Shown here piece by piece: positions 36,901 to 48,467 of a stretch of DNA of 54,512 nucleotides. Position numbers and translations under genes: made by a program. Each line of letters starts with the position of its first letter. Within the stretch, counting starts at the first letter, position 1. The DNA comes from Chara braunii. Lineage: Eukaryota > Plantae > Charophyceae. The DNA is taken from contig BFEA01000026.1 of assembly GCA_003427395.1 (NCBI GenBank), positions 423,058 to 477,569 on the forward strand, in the 5' to 3' direction. A model generated the notes under the pieces. That model searched no databases and was not told where the DNA came from. It saw only the letters and a program-made list of their open reading frames with translations.

Positions 36901-37449
36901 GTTTATGATGAAACTAATTGTAAATGTAAGCAAGGATTGAAATTCTGCTGTCCTTATCAAAGAAGTTTTGTCACTCCTTGCCACCAAACCCCAACTGCAA
37001 TCTCTGATAATAGTATCATAATACACAGAGTGGCCTTTAACCATTCCCACTCTGTCACCCAACTCTCGGTTCCCGCATGCGTGCAGTGCGCACCACCACT
37101 TTCCAAAGATCTCATTCAGGAAGTGAAGTTGTTGAAGAGATTGTGAAGGCATTTGTTGGAGCTATGTTTGCATTTACAATCGGGGGGGCTTTGAGGGAGC
37201 TACCGCTTGCAGGCAATGACCATGCTACCTTATCATGATCCTGGCCTGCCATCATGTCCCCATCTGTAGAATCAATGGTATATACCATCATGAATCTGAT
37301 CCTGAAAGCACGCCAGGTGGATGCTCAGCTAGCAGCACATAATTCTAGTTCTGTCAGTTTGGAGCTCAGCTGACCCTGTATGCGAAAGTTCTACCAGCTG
37401 TCTGGCTGACGTATTGTGCATCGGGGGGCTGTGTGGATGGATGATGCAG

Positions 37450-37747
37450 ATAGTGATATAAGCATCAATGACAGAGCGGTTTCGCGACATCATGCAGATA
37501 TTGTTGTGGGGCCTCTGGGTCCTCTGCCTGACCCTGCCGTCTCAGGAACGGCCGTGGATAGAACGAAAGCAATGGCGGATTGGATATCTATATGGCGGCC
37601 ATCCATTAAGGTGAAGGATGTTTCGAAGTTTGGGACCCTAGTTTGTGACCGATCGGGCACAAAGAAGCAATCTGAGACTCCTGATAGATCTGCTGAGCTG
37701 AATGAAGGTGATTTGGTCGTATTTCTCCATTGCAAAGTGCATTTCAG
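37450..37747 (+). CDS. NBS1: NBS1 exon, FHA core
   Basis: DSDISINDRAVSRHHADI...IKVKDVSKFGT...LNEGDLVVF...FR carries the FHA motifs SRxHA and DxSKxGT. Acceptor TGCAG|, donor AG|GTGAGT, phase 1 to 2. Confidence 0.92.
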
Positions 37748-37925
37748 GTGAGTTGGTAGAGTTCCCATGTTATTTGGCGGTGTTATGATTCTGGCTATTC
37801 CGAAGTGCAAATACACAACGAAAGACAATGGTCTGGAGCATTGTCTTCTTCTGCTAGGCCTGCCGCTACTCAAGGGCTATCCTAAGCTACGTGGCCTACA
37901 TACTACCACTACTACTTGAGTGCTA

Positions 37926-38035
37926 CCCGTCTTCACCCCGAATAGAACGCCCGGTCATTATATAGCTGTATTGGGGAAACTTTTAGTCCAGGTGCACAGC
38001 TATAATGACCGGGCGTTCTATTCGAGTGAAGAGGG
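37926..38035. mobile_element. Tc1/mariner-type MITE, almost fully palindromic
   Basis: TA|CC(C)GTCTTCACCC(C)GAATAGAACGCCCGGTCATTATA...TATAATGACCGGGCGTTCTATTCGAGTGAAGAGGG|TA; second copy at 47546-47650. Confidence 0.9.
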
Positions 38036-39337
38036 TAGCCTACCCTACTTGAGCGTTTCCCCACTGCAACAACCCTCAAAGTCACGGCCACAGGTAAGTA
38101 GTACTGGCCCTGAGGGCCCCTCCCAAACATACAAGTACCCTGGCGGGTCACACACACACACTCAGGCAGACATGCACTCAGACAGGCACACGCGAACCAG
38201 CGAAAACACACACACACACAAACACACAGACTTAGAAATGTCAGCAGACAGCGAAAATCTCAGCCAGGCACACATTCCAGCGGCAAAACTCAGAAATCAG
38301 CACAGTTCTCAGGCTGTAATGATTTGCAGGTCATTACAGCGGCATGTAATTAGCATGCCTCAACGCACCGATCAATGAATAGTTTGGTGGGATGAGACTC
38401 GTGAGAGTCTTACGTCCCCTGTTGAACGATAGGTAGGGGGGGGAGGGGGTGGCGGACATCCACTCCGATTCCTGGGGTCGAGAATCCAGATAAATGGACT
38501 GGTTCGAGTGAATGGTTTGGGTCCGGAGCAGGGAAAGGGGGTTCTGTACAGGCCCGCAGCTATCTGGCTCTGCCAAGAGCAGAGACTGTTCTCTGGCAGA
38601 ATAATGTGGAACCTAGAAATCCAATCGGACGTTCGAACCCCCACTACCTAGGTTGAATCGAATGATACCGTACAATGGGCCTCAGCGCACGGCACATGAA
38701 ATGAGAAACGAAACGAGTGCATGTTCCCTGAGAAACAAATGGAGCGATTCATCGGTGTACTCTAATATAAATAGAAATGAATGCAAGGAAAAAACACAAG
38801 GAATGCGAACAAAAATAAAAGCCAAGTTGTGACATACAAACCAGGAGCAGGGGGAATGAGTAGCCAGGATTTAGGATTTTATGGTCAGGAAAGGAGATGT
38901 GGGACAGATTTTGGAATTGGAACCACAGGTTGGGGTCATAGGAGAATGAGGTGCAGGGGTTGTTCAAATGTTGTTGCTTCGTGCTCGGATCCCTGGGCGG
39001 GTCCCGTCAAAAGCATAACACTGGGTAAAGCTGCCAGTTCCGGTCTTTATGGGGTGGCCGGCCCCTTTTCTCTGAGTATGCGAAAAAGAAAAAAAGAAAG
39101 AAAAAAAAGAAAAAAAGAAAAGAAAAGAAAAAACTAGGCTACCAGCCAGGCCGCCCGGGTCACCCTGCTTTCCCCGGCGGCCCGGCCGTGCAAGGACCAG
39201 GGAAGGTCCCAGCCAAACAAAAAAAAAAAAAAAAAAAAAAAAAAACTCCCAAAACAACTTATGTTATGCAGAAAAATAAACTGAGCAACTTTTGCCTCAG
39301 GGTTACATCAAAATTCTTTACCAAATTTAAAATAGAT

Positions 39338-39867
39338 CAGGGTTACCTGACCGAACGTTCGGGGGCCACCGTTCGGGGGCCAAACACCTCCAGGTTCGGC
39401 CCCCGCCAAAATTTTGTTCGGGGCCTAAAAATAAGTTTTTTTTTCTGATGTTTTTTTTTGTGAGTTCTCTATGATGTAACCTACACGCCTATAAATTTTG
39501 AAGACATTCTGCTAAGCCAAAAAAACATTAAAAATCGTCAAAGATGGGGGTGTCAAAACGTGCTCGCCCACTCACTATTTTGTTTTTTTTCACTTTTAAC
39601 TTTTTGTTTTCACTTTATTGCGGGGCCTAAANNNNNNNNNNNNNNNNNNNNNNNNNNNNNNNNNNNNNNNNNNNNNNNNNNNNNNNNNNNNNNNNNNNNN
39701 NNNNNNNNNNNNNNNNNNNNNNNNNNNNNNNNNNNNNNNNNNNNNNNNNNNNNNNNNNNNNNNNNNNNNNNNNNNNNNNNNNNNNNNNNNNNNNNNNNNN
39801 NNNNNNNNNNNNNNNNNNNNNCCCATACGTTCGGGCGTTCGGCCCGTCCCGAACGCCGGCAACCCTG
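39338..39867 (+). mobile_element. hAT MITE (CAGGGTTACC...GGCAACCCTG)
   Basis: Perfect 8-bp TSD AAATAGAT; GTTCGG subterminal repeats; spans an N gap. Confidence 0.88.
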
Positions 39868-39892
39868 AAATAGATTAAAAAATATATATATA

Positions 39893-40663
39893 CAGGGTTA
39901 CCTGACCAAACGTTCGGGGGCCCCCGGGCTGGCCCCCGGGCTGGCCCCCGAACGTTCAGGCGTTCGGGGTCCCGTTCGGGGGCCGAACACCTCCAGGTTC
40001 GGCCCCCGCCAAAAAACTTTTCGGGTCCTAAAAATAAGGTTTTGTTTCTGATTTTTTTTTTGTGAGTTCTCTATGATGTAACCTACACACCTATAAATTT
40101 TGAAGCCATTCTGCTAAGCCAAAAAAACATTAAAAATCGTCAAAGATGGGGGTGTCAAAACGTGCTCGCCCACTCGCTATTTTGTTTTCTTTCACTTTTA
40201 ACTTTTTGTTTTCACTTTATTTCGGGGCCTAAAAAAAATTATTATTTTTTGAAACATTTTTAATAAGTTATTGATTATGTAAACTACATATCTGTAAATT
40301 TTCAGGGCATTTGTCGATGCCAAAAAATAATTAAAAATTGGCTAAGATGGCGGTGTCGAAAAGGTGCTGGCACACTCACTCATTTCAATTCTCTTTTTAT
40401 TTTTTCCTATTTTAATCATAGTGTTTATTTTCTGTATTTGATTTTTAATTCCAATTTGGTAAAGAATTTGAATGTAGTGCCCAGGCAAATGTTGATTAGT
40501 TTATTTTTCTCCATAACATATGTTTTTTTCGGATTTTTTTTTTTTTGGTCCGCGTTCGGCCCGAATGGCCGAACGCCTTCCGAAGGGGTCCCGTACGTTC
40601 GGGCGTTCGGGTTCGGGCGTTCGGGTTCAGGCGTTCGGCCCGTCCCGAACGCCGGTAACCCTG
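39893..40663 (+). mobile_element. hAT MITE, same family, second copy
   Basis: TIR CAGGGTTACC/GGTAACCCTG, TSD TATATATA, internal sequence nearly identical to 39338-39867. Confidence 0.9.
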
Positions 40664-42169
40664 TATATATATATTTTTTATTTTTTTATTCTTTTATTTC
40701 TTTTTGGCCGGGCCGGGCAAGTGGACCCGGGCCACTCTGTGTAGCCTAGAAAAAAAAAAGAAAAAAAAAAAAAGAAAAAAAGAAAAAGAAAAAGAAAAGA
40801 AAAAAGCCAGGTTGCTATACCTCACAGAAGGCCACACATGTCATTGAAGCGAAATTGAAAGCAGAAAGAAAAGTGAGTATTCACTCCAAATAGGAGCGAG
40901 CGAAGTACTGAAGTCTCTCTTGATAATGCAAGCCCCTCCAATGCGTCCAATCACCAATGCAACAACAATGTAGCCCTCCTACAGGAGGCTATACTGCCAA
41001 CTCTACCTCCCACGGCACCTATCGGACTAGCCCACTCATGTCTGCAAGTGGTCCATGTCTCATGATCGATCCCTAATGTCGCTCGAAGACTCTGATCGAA
41101 CAGCCTGCCCTTCGTCAAAACCAGGTACGTGCCTTTTCACACTGCCTCTCTTCCTCTTCTCCCTGCGCCCTTCTTCCACGAAGAAGAACCTCTGCCAGTC
41201 CACCACTCAGCTATGGTATGCGCACCTTGGCTACGGCTGCCACACCCCCTTCTTCCACGCTGCCCCCCCCGAACAGCTTCCTTCTCTGGCCGCACATGCT
41301 AAGCAGCTGCTCGGGCTATGTCAAGTGCTGCGCCCTCCAGCCTTTTGTGCTGGCTGGGGAGGCCGTGCAGCCTCTGTCCATGCTGCGCCCAGTCCCAGTA
41401 CCTGCGCCCTGGTGGGCCCTTTCAGAATCTGCACGAGGCCCAGCGTCTTTAACTAAGTCGTGGGCTGAGCCCTCTACCAGTTATGTGAAGATGCTGCATC
41501 CGTGCAGCAACTACATGGGGCCCCCATTTTGCTCACGTTGGCCTGTACTCAGGCCTGGGCTCATTTCTTTAGGCCCGCCTTCACTTAGCGTGGGCTGGGC
41601 ATTTTTCTGGCTTGCCGAAGTGCTAAATCCTCGCACGAATGCAGTTTTCCAACTTTTGTGGGCACATGCACTCGTTCTTTTTTTTCCGTTACATGTGCCG
41701 TGTGGCGAGGCTGAATGACCAGGTTCTCTGTGTCTCTCAGGTTCCACTTTTACTCGAACGCATTGTTTTTGGTGAGATTGCCGACTCACAGCCAATCTGT
41801 GACAGCGCATACGAATACTGTAGATGGAAGTTATTATTTCAAAGTTCAAAACTTCAAACTCGTAATGCAAAACAAATGTAACCTCATGCACATGTCATCA
41901 TCAAGGTAAGTATGATTGATGTGAGTGCAGGCTGGGAGTGATTGATGGCTGCTGCATGGTGCAAGGGACCAACATCGACGAAACTGCAGCAACACCACAG
42001 CTGCAACAGCAAGTTATTGTGGTTTGTCAGGCGATGTTCATCACCTTTGTCCGTCACCGAGGCTCTCCGGGAAGGATCTTGCTGACTTTGTGTTGGTAAT
42101 GTGGTTGTTGTGTGATTGATGGTGGCCTGTGCACATGCCGCATGGTGTTTGCTGGGTGCCTGGGGGAAG

Positions 42170-42258
42170 ACTGGAGTGCAAGCCCATAATTGCCTGTGTG
42201 TCATCTGTGGTCGAAAGTGAAAGACGACGGCAATTGACCCACAATCTTAAGTCAGCAG
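42170..42258 (+). CDS. NBS1: NBS1 exon, FHA-BRCT1 junction
   Basis: RLECKPIIACVSSVVESERRRQLTHNLKSAG aligns with nibrin RIEYEPLVACSS...LGG. Acceptor AAG|, donor CAG|GTAGGC, phase 2 to 1. Confidence 0.85.
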
Positions 42259-42370
42259 GTAGGCCTACGAAAAAATAGAAAAAAATTGCAGTGTCTAATA
42301 CTGTCTATCGACTCTAATCTATTCCATAGCACAGGGTTGATCAAATAGACTGGCCGCGAGCAAAGTCTAT

Positions 42371-42401
<31 letters not shown>

Positions 42402-42620
42402 GTTTGTAAAAAAACAATCCTATTTGTGATGAGAAGTGATGTTTTGTGGTAGGAGAATGGTAAAGTGACTGGATGCAACGTGGAGTCAGAAGCTTGGGAT
42501 GCATGTTTGGTATATAATCTATGGGGTGTCGCTCCACTACACAACCCACTCGATATGTATCTGGGGCTGATAATCGTCCCAATACATTCAAAATGTTGGA
42601 CTCGTCATAATGCACCTGGT

Positions 42621-42912
42621 CCAGAAAGTCGTCCAAATGCATGGAGAACGTTGAGTAGTGGAGCAAGGCCCATGGTCTGTAGAGGACTGTTTTGTCTGGT
42701 GTGGGTGGGAAGACTGGACTTGTGCACCCCGGTTTCTTATCTCCTTTTTCCGAGGGGGAAAGTGCACCTTTTCCAGAAAGCGTCCAAATGCATGTAGAAC
42801 GTTGAGTAGTGGAGCGAGGCCCATGGTCTGTAGAGGACTCTTTTGGCTGGTGTGAGTGGGAAGACTGGACTTGTGCCCCACTTTCTTATCTCCCTTTTCA
42901 GACAGGGGAAGA
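42621..42912. repeat. ~150-bp tandem duplication
   Basis: CCAGAAAG(T)CGTCCAAATGCATG.AGAACGTTGAGTAGTGGAGC.AGGCCCATGGTCTGTAGAGGACT..., twice. Confidence 0.9.
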
Positions 42913-43154
42913 GGGGGAGGGTAGCCCCTAATATTATTGTATCCATCGGATTTAGTAAGAATTTGAACTCGCGATCTGTTTATCAAAAGTTATGCGTGTG
43001 TAGTACTACTGTGTACCATTGAGCCGCATGGGCTGGGTGACCCCTGCTGCAGCCTGCACTTTCTCCACCGAGCTCGTATATCCATTTCCACTCCGATTCT
43101 AAAGTGGAGACGGACGTAGTCGTCCCTCCTCCAAAATTTGCTGGCAAGTGTACC

Positions 43155-44140
43155 ATTTGCAAGGAAAATGAGCATTAGCGAGATGACGATAACCAGATTG
43201 CACAATCACATTGAAGGGCAGAAAAGCAGAAATGCACCAATATAACACCAATGAAGATTCGTAACACTGAAAACCAATGTCAATGAGAGCTTGCTCTCGC
43301 CACCACCAACATGACTGTCCAGGCCCTATCTCCCTACTTGGCGCTCGGCGCCCAGCCTACTTCCTACACAGTTACTCTCTGCGTACTAATTGACAATGCA
43401 ATTGTTGACGTCAGCAGCCTACAAAGTACTTGAAGATGTCGCCCATGCAGACCATCGCCAATACCAGGTATGTGCCCTCACATCACCATCATCATCATCC
43501 TTCTCTCTCTTCCCTGTCTTACTCCCACGTCTTCCCTCTGCGCACCCGAAGACCACCCCTGCGCCTCACTGTAGTCCAAGCCCAACCAGCTACGGAGGCT
43601 GGGCTATGGCGCTGTCCTCAGCAGCGCCCTGCTCCCTTCACAACCGCATGCGCTAGCACCTCGCCTCTCAGCGCCAGCAGCAGCCCATGAGCGTCCGCTC
43701 CAGCAGTGCTGCCGCTAGCATGCGAGTGCCTGAATGACCAGCCAGGCAGCGAGCTCTTTCCTATATGGAAAGAGCCTGCCTCGATTGGAGGCCTGGCTGG
43801 CCTGGGCCTCGGCCCAGAAGCTTCCGGTAGGCCCCTGTACGCTGCACCTCTGCTGCGGCTACTGGGCCTCATCCGGTTGGGCCTCTGGCTGCGATTCTTG
43901 CCCAGGGCCTGCACTTCCGGAAGGGCCAGGAAGGCCGTGGAATTTTCTTGCTGCTCGGCCCGAGTTTCCTTTAACCAACTGGCGCGTCGCAACTGTCTGG
44001 ACCCCAAATACGCAGTTGACAGCCGAGGGCCTCTCGTGTTTTGTTTGGCCCGCCTTCACTTAGGGCGGGCACATACGCAACAGGGGCCCTTCAGGCCTGC
44101 CGAGGACCCAGATTCTCGCACATTTTTCCGATTTTCTCAT
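43155..44140 (+). repeat. Right arm of a ~1-kb inverted repeat pair
   Basis: See 35880-36900. Contains CCAAT boxes, TGACGTCA and the donor-like ACCAG|GTATGT at 43467. Confidence 0.92.
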
Positions 44141-44670
44141 CAATCAATTGGGAAAAGAATCAAGCAAACTCCAAATTGTGTCACTTTTGATTCGTTTTGA
44201 AAGGCAAAGAAAAACAGAAAAAAAAAAAAGAAAAAAAAGAAAAAAAGAAAAAAGAAAGAAAGAAAGAAAGAAAAGAAAAAAAAGAAAGAAAAAAAGGAAA
44301 AAAAAGGAAAAAAGAAAGAAAAAAAAGGAAAAAAAAGGGAAAAAAAAAGAAAAAAAGAAAAAAAGAAATAAAAGGAAAAAAAGAAAACTCTGAAAAAGAG
44401 AAAAAGAGAGAAAACAAAGAAAAGATCAGTTGGCACTTGGCAGGGAGCTTGGTGTGCTTCTGACTTCCAAGCCTGGTTTGGTTCCACTCTCCAAATTTGG
44501 TTTGGTCCCAACTTGGTCCCAACTTCCCAGCTTCGTTCCCAGAGCAACAGTTTTTTTACTAGTGAGGTGGTCCCCACTACTGCTCGAGAGGTAGAAGTTC
44601 CGTAGAACATAGAAACCTATTCTGTTACCGACATACAGTCATGCCGTAATGCAGACACTTTTTATTTTTC

Positions 44671-44797
44671 ATATTCTGGCCGTTTCTCAATTTTTGTGTC
44701 TTGATGTCATCCGTGCACAAGGGCCATGGTAATTTATTTAAATTAATCTTGTCTTTATCTTTCCAATTTTAACGGCTGTGATCTCCTGAAGGATGGC
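44671..44797 (-). pseudogene. U6 snRNA-derived pseudogene
   Basis: The minus strand follows U6 along its length: AAAATTGGAA.GATA.AGA.AAGATTA [14-nt insert] CCATGGCCC.TG.GCA.GGATGACA...AAATTGAGAAA.GG. The ACAGAGA box and AGC triad are mutated. Confidence 0.8.
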
Positions 44798-45323
44798 TAA
44801 TTTAGGACGCACTTAAGTGACTTACCTCATCGACATAAACGGAAAGAACTCCCTTGAGGGGAACCAAGATGGGCCCATTGGATAGAGAAAGGTGCTTCAC
44901 AAATCCACCACATACCATTTATGGGATGAACTTCCGATGAAGGCATTCTTCAAGGGTACAAAAAAAATTAGAAAAAGAAAAAGATGTGCACTTCTCGGCG
45001 AAATATGTCAGCTGTACCAAGTTTGCTCTATCAACTTAAACTACCAAAAACATGGCCGGAAAATAAAAGGCCCCAAAAGCTGGAAGGAGAGGAAGGCGAC
45101 AAAGGAGGAGGAGGGGAAGAAGGTGTGCCACTTTTCATGCTGTACAGCGTGTGCTCATATAGGGGTTGAAGTCGCCAGCAGTTAGACTCTGGAAATCTTG
45201 GCCTCTCAAAAAGAAGGAAAGATAAAAAAAGTTTAAAAAACTTAAAAAAGACTAAACTGGTTTTGAGTTTGGCTGTCACTGAGTGGAAGCCTGGATGCTG
45301 CTGTGTATGTTGGGAGTGAGCAG

Positions 45324-45454
45324 GAGCCGGAGTTGTCGCCCAGTGGTCAGAGTTTGCTACCCACTTGGTTGTGGACGATGGTGCTCACTGCAATGATGAA
45401 ATTGTTGCGGCTGTGTCTGCTGGCAGGCATTTGGTCCATAGTCGCTGGGCAGAG
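45324..45454 (+). CDS. NBS1: NBS1 exon, BRCT1
   Basis: GAGVVAQWSEFATHLVVDDG...IVAAVSAGRHLVHSRWAE fits the BRCT pattern WxxxxTHL...GxxxVxxxW. Acceptor CAG|, donor GAG|GTAAGC, phase 1 to 0. Confidence 0.9.
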
Positions 45455-45470
45455 GTAAGCACCTCCACTG

Positions 45471-45530
<60 letters not shown>

Positions 45531-45824
45531 CGAAACAGAACCTCAGGGTTCCGGCGCCGTATCAATTCACCTCCACTGTTTTTCCTTTCTTTTCCCACGA
45601 GAATTGTCACCATATCCACCACTACCTGTGTTCCAAGCCGGCAGTTGGGTGAAGCTAAGGACCACCACCATTAGATGACAGCAGTGTTGTTCTAGGTATT
45701 GCCTTGATGAAATGAAGATAGAAGCTCCATGGGACTGGATCTCGAAGAGCTGAAGCCCCATGGGACTTCTCCTCACATATCTCACGCATCTCATCTTCTC
45801 AAGTTGTCAATACAACTCGCTGTA

Positions 45825-46375
45825 CCAGCCCGCCTGCCTCACCGCTCGCCCGCCCGTCCGCGCGCCCGCCTGTCCAGCCAGCCCGCGAACCTACCCTGCC
45901 CGCCCGCCCGCCTGCCTGCCTGTCCTCCAGCTCGGCCGGTCGCCAGCCCCCCGCCTGCCCCACCCAGCCTGCCCGCGTAACCAGCCCACAAGCCCGTCTG
46001 CCAGTCTGCCTTCCAACCCACCTGCCAGGCCGCCTGCCAACCTGCCCGCCCGCCCGCCCGCTCCCCCCCCAGCCTGCCCATCCTGCCCTGCCCGCACAGC
46101 CCACCCAGCCCGTCCGCCCAGCCTGCCCAGCCGGCCCAACTTGCCCAGCCGGCCCAACTTGCCCAGCCTTCCCAGCCAGCCAGCCAGCCAGCCAGCCCGC
46201 CCAGCCAGCCAGCCAGCCCGCACCAGCCAGCCCACCAGCCAGCCTGCCAGCCAGCCCCCCATCCAGCCCACCAGCCAGCCCACCATCCATCAATCCATCC
46301 ATCCAGGCAGGCACCCAGCCAACCATCCATCCATCCATCCATCCAGCGAGCCAGCCAGCCAGTCAGCCAGCAAGC
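45825..46375. repeat. (CCTG/CCCG/CCAG/CCAT)n compound microsatellite
   Basis: Direct reading. Confidence 0.9.
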
Positions 46376-46394
46376 AATGCTGGGTCTTGTGATT

Positions 46395-46640
46395 TGAGTA
46401 CACTTTAAAATGTCTACAGGGCGGTACCCTTTGCCATGCTCTTGCTGTAGAACAATCCCTCTCCTGAATTGACAAGGGTTGGTCGTGACTATGAACGGTA
46501 AGGAGGGGTCCGCTATTTTCAGAACAGGATACTCGATCAACGCCTGGTTTAATATGCAGAAGGCTTGCGTACAGGCTTTGTCCCACTACCACACTGCTTC
46601 TTTCTGCAGCAGTCTATGTAGCGGTGCTGCTATCGTAGCA
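46395..46640 (-). mobile_element. Ty3/gypsy pol fragment (RT connection to RNase H)
   Basis: IEYPVLKIADPSLPFIVTTN...GIVLQQ..GKGYRPV matches the PVL...F.V.TDAS..G.G.VL.Q.....RP motif. Confidence 0.85.
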
Positions 46641-46984
46641 AAATTACACATAAATTAATGGTTGTAAGTCACTTGTCCAGAAAACAATGCGGTTCAGTGA
46701 GAGTCTTAGGTGTTTGCCAGTCTCAAATTGGCGCTATTTTCAAATTGTTGGGCTGGATTCTGTCTTCATCTATGACATTGCAATGAACATGCATGCTCTA
46801 GTGGGTTGTATACTAACTGGGCTGTTTTGCTAGTTTGCTGACTCCGGGGTTTGATCCCTGGACTTATGCCTAACTGGGACTGCTCTAACTTGTGTGGATT
46901 TTGAGCTCTCTAGGACTCGATCCCTAGACCTGTTCCGTACGAGGGATCTCTTTTCTGCTGCTGTAGATTTACGTCCAATTTGCT

Positions 46985-48107
46985 TTTTGTTTTCTTTTTT
47001 TTTTTTTTTTTTTAACAGGAAGGAAGAGATAACTTCAAAAAGGGGCCGGCCACCCCACATAAAGACCGGGTCTGGGAGCTTTACCCAGGGTTATGCTTTT
47101 GATGGGACTCTAATGGGACCCGGACTCAAAGTATACCACTTAACTAAAACTGAAATCCTAGTTCATGGGCTTAACCCCTAAACCCTGATTGCTCGTATTC
47201 TTAACCCCTAACAATTCCTACTGCTACCACACTGCGTTCTAGCTCTACCCTTATGTAGCCCTCTCAGCTGACATAGCTGTCTAGTGGCCCCCCAATGGGA
47301 CCCGAACTCGGCGTAACAACACATAACTGACGCTACAACTCTTGGGTTTAAACCTTAATCCCTAGTTACTCATATCTTAACCCTTTACTTTCCTACTTCT
47401 ACGAAACTGTTTTCTTGCTCTAGCTCTGTGTACTCCTCTCATCTGTCACAGCTGTCAGGTGAACGTAGTATCCTAGAGTCAAAAGGCTAATCTCTGTGAA
47501 ACTTCTATCTCTTGTCCTAACCTGCAGCATAGCTCTCTGCAACTACCGTCTTCACCCGAATAGAACACCCGGTCATTATAGCTGTATTTGACGCAGCTTT
47601 CAGTCCAGATACAGCCATAATTACCGGGCGTTCTATTCGGGTGAAGACGGTAGCCTCCTCGTCACACCATGGCCAGGTTGACCGGTTGTGTTGGTGAATG
47701 AACAAGTGTCGACAGGACTTCTGTTGCTACGTGGTGGTCTCCCTGTTGGGGCCCTGCGATCCTCCAGACAAGCTTTGGTGTGCTGCCTTCGATGTCTCCT
47801 AGTTTACCTCTGGCGCCCAGTCGTTCTCTCTTGAACTTATCATTGATTCCCTGTTGTTTCGTGGGGTCTTTTTTTGATGAGCTTCACCGCTTTGTTCCAA
47901 TTTGCTTGATATTCGTCCCGTAAGAGGTGGAGGAGAGTCTGCCAAGCTTCAGGCTCGGGAACAGTCTGAGTATGATACATGCTCAGTTGAGCGATGTATG
48001 GGGAGTCAAGGATCCACAAAGTGATGAAAAGGACTCGAATGGACAATGCAGTGTCAGCAAAGCATCAACAAGGAATGTACATCCAGATACATATGAAAAT
48101 AGCACAA
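46985..48107 (-). mobile_element. 5'-truncated L1-like LINE (ORF2 C-terminus, 3' UTR, tail)
   Basis: Poly(T) at about 46995-47012 on +; 3' module shared with 39000-39070; LLHLLRDEYQANWNKA resembles LRLLVQHEIAAQWKAA of the ORF2 end at 8114-8575. Confidence 0.65.
47546..47650. mobile_element. Tc1/mariner-type MITE, second copy
   Basis: TA|CCGTCTTCACCCGAATAGAAC...GTTCTATTCGGGTGAAGACGG|TA, with ~42-bp arms. Confidence 0.92.
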
Positions 48108-48428
48108 TGTAGCGCGGCGGAAGACTCAAAGATATGACCTGACCTATCAGGGACTGACGCGACACCCCATCATACACCACACATGTGAGAGAGGGAGGAG
48201 GGACCGCATACATGGAGGAAAGGCCCCTCCTTGAACACGCACATGGGGGGAGATACCACGGATGAGGAGATCGGGAGAGAGGCGAGACGAAGATGGAGGT
48301 GGGGGAGAAGACCAAGATCGCGATAGCTAAGTCCAAAAATAATCTCCCTGCCGAATGTCCAATCAATGTCTGCCATAAAATGTCGAATCAGATCCTGGGC
48401 TTCATGCCCGATGCACCCTCTGCCTGTA

Positions 48429-48467
<39 letters not shown>

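Larger units (their letters stand above)
39135..40748. mobile_element. hAT-type non-autonomous element (TAGGCTAC...GTAGCCTA)
   Basis: Terminal inverted repeats with flanks GAAAAAAC and GAAAAAAA (8 bp, 7/8 match). Confidence 0.75.
38830..40801 (+). mobile_element. Truncated LINE 3' end whose A-tail is split by nested DNA transposons
   Basis: GTCCC.TCAAAAGCATAAC.CTGGGTAAAGCT...CCGGTCTTTATG..GGGTGGCCGGCCCCTTTT is also found inverted at 47037-47110. A-tail at 39083-39133 and 40749-40805; near-TSD AAAAGCCA(A/G)GTTG at 38817 and 40802. Confidence 0.7.
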
